From contig CAZPWM010000003.1 in the NCBI GenBank assembly GCA_964590575.1, forward strand, positions 1 through 64,000: 64,000 nucleotides of DNA, read 5' to 3'. The DNA comes from an uncultured archaeon (lineage in GTDB: Archaea > Asgardarchaeota > Thorarchaeia > Thorarchaeales > Thorarchaeaceae). The translations under genes and the position numbers were made by a program. Within the stretch, counting starts at the first letter, position 1. Each line of letters starts with the position of its first letter. The notes under the pieces were generated by a model. The model searched no databases. It saw nothing but the letters and a program-made list of their open reading frames with translations, and was not told the origin of the DNA. Below are positions 9,816 to 18,250 of this stretch, in pieces.

Positions 9816-9836
9816 AACAAACTATATTCTATTCAA

Positions 9837-10649
9837 TCACTTTTCTACTTTGTCAAATACTAGTGATTTAAGAAAAATGTCAATTCCAAATCGCCCTTTT
9901 GTCATCTCAAGGTACCATGGACCAGTCAGTTCGAGTGTCTCTTGTATTTCTGATATTGTCTTGCCCTCCTTGTGCAATTTCTGCACTTGTGTCCGAATGT
10001 CTTTGAGAAAATTAATTCTGACTTGGACGTGCTCCTTTGGTGATGTGACTGGTCCTCTATGAGAGTCGAAGAGAATTTCAATTTCCATCTCTGCAATCTT
10101 CTCAAGTGTTTCGATCATGAGATGAATATTCTCATCTGGCATACCAATTACCTTTCGAGATGGTACTGGAACAGCATCAGCAGAGAACAGCCATTTGCGA
10201 TTTGGCTCATAGAATCCAACCATTTGATGCCCATGACCTGGGAGTGAAACAACCTCAAATTCGAGGTCTCCAATGTTGAACTGTAGGGGCATCTTTTCGA
10301 CTTCTGCTACAGGTTTTGGCTGTCCCCAAACAAAATCAAAGAATTCCGGAATGGTTGGCGGGTTCTTGATGATCTCAATGTCTTCTTCCATAGCATATAT
10401 TGTTGAGTGGGGTGTGAAGGCGGAACATCCTCCATAATGGTCTTCATGTGCATGACTGATATAGATCTTATTGACCTCGGTCTTAGCTGCAAACTTCTCT
10501 GTGTCTTCAAGAGCATTTGCACACCCTGCATCAAAGAGTGTGTCTTTGATGAGGTACGCAATAGCCCACATGATAGGTTCTCCATCCTCCATTGCTGTTG
10601 CGGTCTTGACAAGGGTCACGTCATCGTTGTAGCGTTCCACTTCAAACAT
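9837..10649 (-). CDS. MBL-fold metallo-hydrolase
   Basis: SHAHEDHYGG, PGH, FSAD, DSH motifs; start set at MFEVERY. Confidence 0.9.
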   Translation of the reverse strand: MFEVERYNDDVTLVKTATAMEDGEPIMWAIAYLIKDTLFDAGCANALEDTEKFAAKTEVNKIYISHAHEDHYGGCSAFTPHSTIYAMEEDIEIIKNPPTIPEFFDFVWGQPKPVAEVEKMPLQFNIGDLEFEVVSLPGHGHQMVGFYEPNRKWLFSADAVPVPSRKVIGMPDENIHLMIETLEKIAEMEIEILFDSHRGPVTSPKEHVQVRINFLKDIRTQVQKLHKEGKTISEIQETLELTGPWYLEMTKGRFGIDIFLKSLVFDKVEK

Positions 10650-10692
10650 AAGACATGCGCATGCAATGCATAACTTGATTCCTTCGGTATAG

Positions 10693-11823
10693 CTATACCA
10701 TGACCTTTCTCTCAACAAGTATTGGTGGTGCAAAATTACGGAGTCGTTTCAAGCCCAGGAACTTGTCCTGTCTTCCCACTTTGGAGTCCATCAGGGCTTG
10801 CTCCATGTAGTCGATTGCTTTGTCATAGTCCTTTCGTGGGACTGGAAATGGTACTCCATCTTTCCCCCCAAATGCAAAACACATTCTCACAGGGTCCGCC
10901 CAGGATGCAGGTGATCCAAATATCATCTCTGAGATGAGCGACAGACCTCTTACGGTAGCAGGACCTACTCCTTTCATGAACAGAAGACTCTCGTAATCAG
11001 ATGGTTGGGTTTCATAGGCGCGTCGAACTGCATCCCAGTCCATTCTTGTGGGCAAAACCTTGTAGGCTGGCAAATCTTGAGCAGTACCATCACCTTCTAT
11101 CCAAGGGATGAGCGTGGATTGGCCATACGACTTGATATCCTCAAAGTACCTTCTAACCCGGGCTGGGTCCTCCTTGATAATATCTAAACTGACCTCTCTA
11201 CAAGCCTCAGATTTTCTAGAGGTCATATCCAAGGCTCCATCCTTAACCTCCCCTGAGATGAGTCCTGAGTGTGGTTCATCGATGAAACTATCTGTGATAA
11301 AAGAGGACCAGTGATAGCGTCTTGCATCATTACTGTCACTGTCCATTCCCTGTTGAACCACTGTCCAGTTCTCTTCCGAATCTACAAAGAACATATGTTG
11401 GTAGAGATTGTATCCATCCTGAATACCTGCATTATCAACTTTGGCAACTAATCTACTGATGTCTACTAAGCCTGCACCATCAAGACCATAGTCTTCGAGA
11501 GCTCGAAGCTCTGCTGGAACCTTCCTAGAGGCCATCCCCTTCCCTCCGATTCCAATCATTCCATGACTCTCGAAGTCTAGAGCAGTCTTCAGGACTCCAC
11601 AGGTGACAGTCGTAGATCCTGAACTGTCCCAATCATAACCAAGAACGTTGGATAGTGCTTGGAACCAAACAGGATCTGCTAGTCGTTGCAAAAGTTCAAA
11701 TGTGCCAAACTCATCCACTATGAATTCGCAAAGTGAACGGGCCATAGGAATCATCCGTTTCACTAACCAGTGAGGTGCCTTCCCAGGATGCAGTTTGAGG
11801 TCTGCCACGCCGCCTCTTTTCAA
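10693..11823 (-). CDS. DUF763 family protein
   Basis: ADLKLHPGKAP.WL, DWDSSGSTT, AFGGKDGVPFPV; TTG start at 11823 preferred. Confidence 0.9.
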   Translation of the reverse strand: MKRGGVADLKLHPGKAPHWLVKRMIPMARSLCEFIVDEFGTFELLQRLADPVWFQALSNVLGYDWDSSGSTTVTCGVLKTALDFESHGMIGIGGKGMASRKVPAELRALEDYGLDGAGLVDISRLVAKVDNAGIQDGYNLYQHMFFVDSEENWTVVQQGMDSDSNDARRYHWSSFITDSFIDEPHSGLISGEVKDGALDMTSRKSEACREVSLDIIKEDPARVRRYFEDIKSYGQSTLIPWIEGDGTAQDLPAYKVLPTRMDWDAVRRAYETQPSDYESLLFMKGVGPATVRGLSLISEMIFGSPASWADPVRMCFAFGGKDGVPFPVPRKDYDKAIDYMEQALMDSKVGRQDKFLGLKRLRNFAPPILVERKVMV

Positions 11824-11879
11824 AACGACATCTCCAATGCAATGTACCGGATTAACATAGATAAGGACCACAGATACTC

Positions 11880-12227
11880 CTAGAGTGCAGCGCGAATCTT
11901 CTCTAGTTCTTGTTTCAATTCATCCCCAACATGCGAAAGCCACCTTTCTAGAGTGTCACATCCATAATCATCACAGTGAGCACAGGTTTCTACACCCCGT
12001 GCACTTGCGCAAGATTTGACACTACACTCACTACAGAACTTAAATTTGGGTTCAGCATCAACCTTACATCCCACACAGTTGATTTCCTCTTCTGAAATTG
12101 GATAATCAGGACTTCCCCATTCGGCAGCCTGTTTCTTACGTAATTCATCATCATCGGTTTTCCAAGCGACATGAGCTGGACACACTGCACAGTCAAGTCC
12201 ACAATACGCACGCATGCTCTCGGTCAT
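11880..12227 (-). CDS. DUF3795 Cys-rich protein
   Basis: AYCGLDC..CP, C.GC, C..C.VK.CA...GV..CAHC.DY.C. Confidence 0.85.
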   Translation of the reverse strand: MTESMRAYCGLDCAVCPAHVAWKTDDDELRKKQAAEWGSPDYPISEEEINCVGCKVDAEPKFKFCSECSVKSCASARGVETCAHCDDYGCDTLERWLSHVGDELKQELEKIRAAL

Positions 12228-12359
12228 GTTTAGCCACAGTGTCCAAGTGGAATATAAGCACAACAGATACCCGAAACTACTTCTAAGGCAACGTTTGGAA
12301 AAACTGCAGTTCAAGCAATCCTTTTCTGACCTGAATCTCAATGTGAGTGAATCACAACT

Positions 12360-12800
12360 TCACGAAACTTCTGTGTTCCACCCCTCTCTTGCCAGTGTCA
12401 CCACCTTTCGAAACCCAGGGGATTTCAAGATTAGCAAGAGCATTGTCAACGTTCATCGGGATGGGATCCCTCCTGCAGACCTGGCTTCCTTCTCCTGTAT
12501 TGATGTTGGTTCATCACTTCCAACTGCAGTGAGCTTTTCCACAGTTCTTACCACGGCGAGGTCATTATCACTCATCTTGGAGTCGTCACCGAAACCAAGA
12601 AGGTTCCCTTGAACAGAGTGAACAGCCGCGGACTCTCTGGAACTTGATGTCGGTTCCTTTTTTGAGAGTAGGAACTTCCCTCTGAAAGTGCTCCATCGGG
12701 CTTTCAGTCGCTGACTTCGGGTCTTCTCTAAGACATTTGTCAGCATACTTAGTTCCTTCATAGTATTCTTTGTTGCTGGATGCATATTAGCCCATACTTT
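12360..12800 (-). pseudogene. Probable degraded gene remnant, TPR-like fragments
   Basis: Pieces in different frames read EYYEGTKYADKCLREDPKSA and DNDLA/W*EL/GKAH, with internal stops and shifts. Confidence 0.3.
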
Positions 12801-12965
12801 TTTCTCCTCCCCGTCTTACTATTCCCCCACTATCGTCACCAGTATTAGCATTCAATGACTTAGTCACGAATCTTGATAACTCTCGTGAATCCTCAATCCT
12901 TTTATTCTTAATTCACTAGACTCACCTGTTGGTGAATTCCAACAGAATTCTTTCGTATCTATGAG

Positions 12966-13541
12966 ATGGTACATATGTCTGAAGATGCAGTCTGGAAAAA
13001 TGCAATTGAGTATACGCAATTTCTGAAAGGTGCGCGTGAGAATGTAGAAATCATGAAAGCGAGATATAATGATCTTCAGATAACTGAACAAGATCTTGAA
13101 CATCTTCGCAGCCTTCAGAATAACCTCCGGATACTTGTCATTGGCACTGACCGGTGTAATGATACCGCTGGCAATGTACCTATTCTAGCCAAAATGACTG
13201 CAATCTCATCCAAATTGCAGTTACGTATTCTTGACAGTGATGCCAATGCAACATATCATCAGCAGTTCAAGGTCAACGGAAAGAGGAAGACCCCTGTTGT
13301 ACTCTTTCTAAATGAAAAGCATGAAGAGCTGTGTCGATGGGTCGAAAGGTCAAATGCTGCTTACAAGGTAATCAATGAGGGGACGAATCCATCCTTAGAG
13401 CGCCGACAGAAGGAGCTAAAGACACTATACAGCGACCCGGAGATTCAACGACAGAGCGTGAAGGAGTTCTTGGGTCTAATACTTAGGGCCGATTATATTC
13501 TAGGAAGAGCTAAACATGGTACACCCTCAAGGGAAGGCTGA
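12966..13541 (+). CDS. Thioredoxin-fold protein (Thioredoxin_9-like, single Cys)
   Basis: ILVIGTDRCNDT..NVPIL, NGKRKTPVVLFL, WVER. Confidence 0.75.
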   Translation: MVHMSEDAVWKNAIEYTQFLKGARENVEIMKARYNDLQITEQDLEHLRSLQNNLRILVIGTDRCNDTAGNVPILAKMTAISSKLQLRILDSDANATYHQQFKVNGKRKTPVVLFLNEKHEELCRWVERSNAAYKVINEGTNPSLERRQKELKTLYSDPEIQRQSVKEFLGLILRADYILGRAKHGTPSREG

Positions 13542-14172
13542 CTGGACTAACGATGAACATGTTCAACGAATGGCGAAATCCTACAATGTGAGATATGATG
13601 ACGAATTCTGGAGAGCATTTGAATCTCTCACAGGTAGAAAAACCAGATCTATTGTTGCTGACTTTGGATGTGGACCTGGATTACTGCTCGTTGATCTTGC
13701 GAACCGATTCCACGCTCACACTGCTATAGCGATTGATGAGAGTGAGCAAATGCTTGTTCTTGCAGAAACTCATCTCAAAGAGCGAACTGACCTTAAATCT
13801 ATTCAGATTCAACAAGTGAACTTCGATGCTGATAGGATGCAGGTTGATCCTGATAGTATCGACTTTGCGTTCTCAGGGTTTATGCTTCATGAGGTTGCTA
13901 ATCCAGGTGATTTTGTATCAAAAGTCTACAATCTTGTCAAATCTGGTGGTATCTATGTTGTTTATGATTATGTATCTGGAAACGAAGAGATGTTCGTCAA
14001 AAAAATGAGTGGACAAAGGATGAGTGCGGAACAAGCTCGAAAGCGATACCCACATATGTGTAAGCACTCTGCAGACGATATCATAGCGATATTAGAAACC
14101 TCTGGGTTCTCAGACTGTCGCTCGCTGATCATTGGTGATATTCGCGCAGTTGTAGTAGGACTAAAGAGGTAA
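13516..14172 (+). CDS. Class I SAM-dependent methyltransferase
   Basis: VADFGCGPG, FMLHEV.NP, LVKSGG; overlaps the upstream gene. Confidence 0.9.
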   Translation: MVHPQGKADWTNDEHVQRMAKSYNVRYDDEFWRAFESLTGRKTRSIVADFGCGPGLLLVDLANRFHAHTAIAIDESEQMLVLAETHLKERTDLKSIQIQQVNFDADRMQVDPDSIDFAFSGFMLHEVANPGDFVSKVYNLVKSGGIYVVYDYVSGNEEMFVKKMSGQRMSAEQARKRYPHMCKHSADDIIAILETSGFSDCRSLIIGDIRAVVVGLKR

Positions 14173-14211
14173 GCAGACATACAATCGCTTGAAAACAGAG
14201 AGTCGAAAACC

Positions 14212-14415
14212 ATGTCCTCTTCTAACAGAACGGCTTCCCCATGGGCGCACGATGAATCCGACTTGAAGTGTCCAAGATGTGGGAGTAACCGCATAGCGCG
14301 AATACTTGACTCATGGTCCCGCCCTCGGGGTGTTCAGATGCTCAAGTGTACATCGTGTGGGAAGAAATTCTATGAAAGAGGATACGATGACTATCGACCG
14401 ACATTTATCAGATAA
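14212..14415 (+). CDS. Small zinc-ribbon protein
   Basis: CPRCGS...CTSCGKKF; co-oriented directly upstream of priL. Confidence 0.75.
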   Translation: MSSSNRTASPWAHDESDLKCPRCGSNRIARILDSWSRPRGVQMLKCTSCGKKFYERGYDDYRPTFIR

Positions 14416-14436
14416 CCAGCGAGTGGAGCGAGTAAC

Positions 14437-15573
14437 TTGTCAAGACAACTTCACCAGATGAAATATCCTTTCTCACTTCAAGCTAGGCAAGCCTCACAAA
14501 AGCTGGCTCGGGATTTGGGTGTTCTCGTTGACCTTCTAGAAGACCCGGAAAATCACTATATCGTAGATGAAGCAGGAGCACGTGTCTATGCAGCTCTCAC
14601 TCAATCTCAGATTCGATATCCTACTATGGAAAACGAGAAGGATGTTCTAATCTACCCAACAGCACGACTGATTGTTGAGGAACTTGGCCTTCCTCAGGTT
14701 CGTGCACTCCAAGCTGAGGCTGAATCTAAGGAAGCCAATCGACAACTTGGCAAAGAGGACAATGCATTAGTTTCTGATCTGTGTAAAACTTCATTCAACT
14801 GGAGCATAGACTCTATCGGAGATATAACACAGCGGTCTAAACTCCCATTGATGCTTCGAACTTACGAGCTGAAAATCCGGTTTGAGAATTACCTTGAAGT
14901 TGCTCCGGCTTTTCATAGTGAGGAATGGAGTCTCATCAATCGCTTTGTCGACAAGGGATGGATTCTCATTCGACGATCTGAATTGGATCGACTAATCTCA
15001 GGCAAGTTTAGACAACTCATCATGCAGGGTAGATTTGACATTCCGAAAATGTCCCAGAGACTGATTGAAGCAGTTCAACGTATCGAGGCTGAAACTAAAG
15101 GCAGGATTCGTCAAACCGAACCGGTGAAAATGACAGAAACCCTTGCATCTGCTTTTCCACCATGTATCCAAAAGATGTACGATGATTCCGTTAGAGGTGA
15201 TGTCAATCTATCCCATGACGCACGATTTGCACTTGCTGCATTTCTTCTTAAGATTGGGATGGAAAGGGATGAGGTAGAAACTGTGTTCAGCGGTTCTCCG
15301 GACAAGAACACCAGTCTCATCGGATATCAAGTCCAGCATATCGCATCGAAAAGGTCCATGGGTGCAGATGACGAGGGTTATACACCTCCTGGATGCAAGA
15401 AACTGCAGGTCAATAATCTCTGCCCCGTTTACCTAGGGACAGCCTCTGATCCTTTGTGTGAATATATTTTGAATCCCCTCAGTTTCTATCAGACACGTGC
15501 GTGGGAAATAACAAAGGGCATACAAGATCACTCATGGTACGCAAGAAAACGTGACAAGAAGCAGAACTTCTAG
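14437..15573 (+). CDS. priL: DNA primase large subunit
   Basis: KYPF N-terminus, WSLINR.V.KGW, FPPCI, LSH.ARF.LA.FL, YQV.HI, YTPPGC..L...LCP...C Fe-S domain. Confidence 0.9.
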   Translation: MSRQLHQMKYPFSLQARQASQKLARDLGVLVDLLEDPENHYIVDEAGARVYAALTQSQIRYPTMENEKDVLIYPTARLIVEELGLPQVRALQAEAESKEANRQLGKEDNALVSDLCKTSFNWSIDSIGDITQRSKLPLMLRTYELKIRFENYLEVAPAFHSEEWSLINRFVDKGWILIRRSELDRLISGKFRQLIMQGRFDIPKMSQRLIEAVQRIEAETKGRIRQTEPVKMTETLASAFPPCIQKMYDDSVRGDVNLSHDARFALAAFLLKIGMERDEVETVFSGSPDKNTSLIGYQVQHIASKRSMGADDEGYTPPGCKKLQVNNLCPVYLGTASDPLCEYILNPLSFYQTRAWEITKGIQDHSWYARKRDKKQNF

Positions 15574-16400
15574 ACTTTGCATCTTGTGTAATGATAGAGA
15601 TATTCTTGAGCATAGCCTGCATATCTGCCAAAGTAATTCCTCGCTGCTTCTGTCCTTTTTGAATACGATTTTCCTGTTGTTGTGAACACACCATAGTGTT
15701 CCTGAATCACGCGTTCAATCCAAACATCAATAGGAAAAGCTTCCAGAAATCCTAGTGAGAATAAACTCACGCAGTCTGCAACTTTATCACCAACCCCATG
15801 AAGTTTCTTCAGCTGTTTGTGCGCTTCACGATAGTCCATGGATACTAGCTTGTCCTCGGTAACCTCCCCTGCTGTTATTGCTTCTGTTGACTTTACGATA
15901 AATTCGGACCTCCACGCTAGTCCAAGTTTCTTGAGGTCACTGACTGTTGCTTCTGATAACTCTAAAGGACTTGGCATTCCATAGAATGTCTTTCCTCTGA
16001 ACTCATAAGATGGACCCCATTTCCTTCGTATAGAACCCGTCATGTTCCGGATTGCAGGTACATTCTTCCATACTGAACAGAGAAATGAAACAAGACAGGG
16101 AAAGAAGGGGTCATTAATGATACGCAAGTTCGGTGCGAAATCTATACTCTTCTTCATAATTCCATCTCTGGTGATCTCACGATGGATTTGATCCAACGGG
16201 TCCTCTAGCCTGAAAAGTTTTGAGAGGTTGACGTCACTTTCTGATGTGTCATAGAATAGTGTGTTTCCCTTCTGTTCTACGTAAACGACCTGCCCAATAT
16301 CCGCGTTGATATATCCCTCGCCTTCTTTGATCCAACAAAATGTCTGTCCACATTCCAATGAGTCACTGAGACTGAAACTTTTGACCTTTAGACTTCTCAT
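15570..16400 (-). CDS. ogg: 8-oxoguanine DNA glycosylase, OGG1-type
   Basis: LECGQTF.W N-domain; HhH-GPD L.GVG.KVADC and FPIDVW with catalytic Lys/Asp; YAGYAQEYL. Confidence 0.88.
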   Translation of the reverse strand: MRSLKVKSFSLSDSLECGQTFCWIKEGEGYINADIGQVVYVEQKGNTLFYDTSESDVNLSKLFRLEDPLDQIHREITRDGIMKKSIDFAPNLRIINDPFFPCLVSFLCSVWKNVPAIRNMTGSIRRKWGPSYEFRGKTFYGMPSPLELSEATVSDLKKLGLAWRSEFIVKSTEAITAGEVTEDKLVSMDYREAHKQLKKLHGVGDKVADCVSLFSLGFLEAFPIDVWIERVIQEHYGVFTTTGKSYSKRTEAARNYFGRYAGYAQEYLYHYTRCKV

Positions 16401-16497
16401 CAGAAGACTACCTAGTTAACCTCGAAATGAGTATTGTGCTCCGGCTGCTATTAACAGATAGACAATGCTAAAACGAAAGCCCTCTGATGGTTATATT

Positions 16498-16564
16498 GCG
16501 GCAGTGATGAGCCTCCATTGTGAGATTGTGAACAAATGATCGACCTAAGGGGTATCTGAGCCGT
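16498..16564 (+). ncRNA. Box C/D methylation-guide sRNA
   Basis: Terminal stem gcggc/gccgt; C box GTGATGA 16504-10; D' GAGA 16522-25; ttg-tgaa-caa spacer; C' ATGATCG 16536-42; D CTGA 16556-59; two 11-13 nt guides. Confidence 0.8.
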
Positions 16565-16807
16565 GGGCTCAGCTCATTTTTAGCTGAGCCACCTCTTCTA
16601 TTGAATCTGTCAATTAGCAACATAATCACAAATCATGGTTCCCTATTGAACAACTTGAGAGTTGTTTATATCTTACAAACATGATATGGAATTGAGATTG
16701 AATTAACACATCTTATATCTCAAGGAGTAATTCCCAGTGCCGTTTCTGGGAGGACAGAACTCCTGTGTTCAATTTTGTCCAAAATACAATGAACGGTATC
16801 TGAGCCG
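16551..16807 (+). repeat. 13-bp direct repeat GGTATCTGAGCCG (16551-16563 and 16795-16807)
   Basis: Exact copy of the sRNA 3' end 244 bp downstream. Confidence 0.85.
16566..16590 (+). terminator. 9-bp hairpin immediately after the sRNA
   Basis: ggctcagct-cattttt-agctgagcc. Confidence 0.5.
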
Positions 16808-16836
16808 CACCGCCACCAAAATCCACCAGTTGTAGC

Positions 16837-17331
16837 TTACTCAACTTCTGAAATATTTAGAGCTCTGGTTTTCACGATTTCAACAAGCTCTTCTGTTTCA
16901 TCAATATTGATGATACGGATGCCTACACCAGCATCGTTCTCTCTGTTTGACCAACTCACTATGGCCTGTGTATTCATAGGAATATCATCAGGTTTTATTT
17001 CAGTATCTCCGATGCACCAGAACCTAGGTATGTTTACTGACTTCATTCCTTCTACAATTAGATAATCGTACTTGGACAACCTCTCCATCTCGTCGGGACC
17101 AATCCGGTCTGCGAACCTTGTAGACTCTGTGCCAGGGCCAAGAAAGATTGACAGTGAGGCTCCAGCCTGCATATGCCTCCAAGTATCTGTTCCCCGATCA
17201 GGTCCTGCTTGATGTCTTGAACTCTTTATTGTGGCCACAGAATGCCCACTCTTGACTAGTGATATGATAATTGCTTCTACAAGCGTTGTTTTTCCTGTGC
17301 CTGAAAATCCTGAAACTGCAAATACTCGCAT
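16837..17331 (-). CDS. mobB: Molybdopterin-guanine dinucleotide biosynthesis protein B-like
   Basis: VSGFSGTGKTTLVE, VATIK, GTDTWRH..AGA, IVEGMK. Confidence 0.85.
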   Translation of the reverse strand: MRVFAVSGFSGTGKTTLVEAIIISLVKSGHSVATIKSSRHQAGPDRGTDTWRHMQAGASLSIFLGPGTESTRFADRIGPDEMERLSKYDYLIVEGMKSVNIPRFWCIGDTEIKPDDIPMNTQAIVSWSNRENDAGVGIRIINIDETEELVEIVKTRALNISEVE

Positions 17332-17435
17332 TGCGCTCTTCTCTGAACTGTTCGCATAAGGTAGTTTCGTTTTGCTAAGGGTTGTTCTTGTGGTCTTTCA
17401 AAACATGCTCAAAGAGGGAGCCTTAAAACGGGGTC

Positions 17436-18239
17436 ATGTCCAATCCGATGTTGGTGAAAATACCCTTGGCTAGCGAGAAGCATGTGGCAGTTGAATGCAT
17501 AGATGTCCATCGTGAGTTCCAAGATGGCTCACGAGTCATTAAAGTACTACAGGGAACCAATCTAATAGTCAATAGAGGCGAGTTTGTAGCTATTGTAGGC
17601 GCTTCTGGATCCGGAAAGACCACTCTTCTCAATATTATTGGCGGTCTAGATCAACCGACCTCAGGGACAATTCTTGTCGACGGTGACAACATCACGGAGC
17701 TCAATGATGATGAGATGTCTGAGATTCGACGTCACAAGATTGGGGTTTTATTCCAAGACCAGCACCTTTTACCCATCTTTACAGCCCTCGAGAATGTCGA
17801 AGTTCCCATGCTTCTTGATGATGTTCCTCCAACAGAGCGAAGAGAGCGTGCAAAAAAGCTCTTAGAGAATGTCCTAGTCGATCATAGAGCGCAGCACATG
17901 CCTCACGAACTATCCGGTGGGATGCGATCACGTGTTGCTCTAGCCCGAGCTCTTGCTAATGAACCTGCTATCCTTCTATGTGATGAACCCACAGGGGATT
18001 TGGACCACAAGACCGGGGGAGAGGTCATCCAGCTGATGAGAGACCTTGCTAAGAAAAAGAATCTTGCAGTACTAGCAGCCACACACGATCCAGAAACTGC
18101 TCGGATGGCAGACAGGATTCTTCTTCTCAGAGATGGCGTACTGGTAGATGAGCTTGTAGGCGACTTCTTCAAGCACAGTAAGGTCGATATGAGCAAACAA
18201 CGTCGTGATGCGGAAGTTGGTGAAAGTGCGTCTATCTAG
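17436..18239 (+). CDS. ABC transporter ATP-binding protein (LolD/MacB-like)
   Basis: GASGSGKTT, LSGG, LLCDEPTGDLD, ATHD. Confidence 0.95.
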   Translation: MSNPMLVKIPLASEKHVAVECIDVHREFQDGSRVIKVLQGTNLIVNRGEFVAIVGASGSGKTTLLNIIGGLDQPTSGTILVDGDNITELNDDEMSEIRRHKIGVLFQDQHLLPIFTALENVEVPMLLDDVPPTERRERAKKLLENVLVDHRAQHMPHELSGGMRSRVALARALANEPAILLCDEPTGDLDHKTGGEVIQLMRDLAKKKNLAVLAATHDPETARMADRILLLRDGVLVDELVGDFFKHSKVDMSKQRRDAEVGESASI

Positions 18240-18250
18240 GAGTGAACTAA

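Noticed and set aside
12255-12720. RNase P RNA on the minus strand (GAGGGAAGTTCCTAC resembles CR-I)
   Set aside because: No complementary CR-V able to close P4 (AGAAGTAGTTT does not pair fully) and no P1 helix found.
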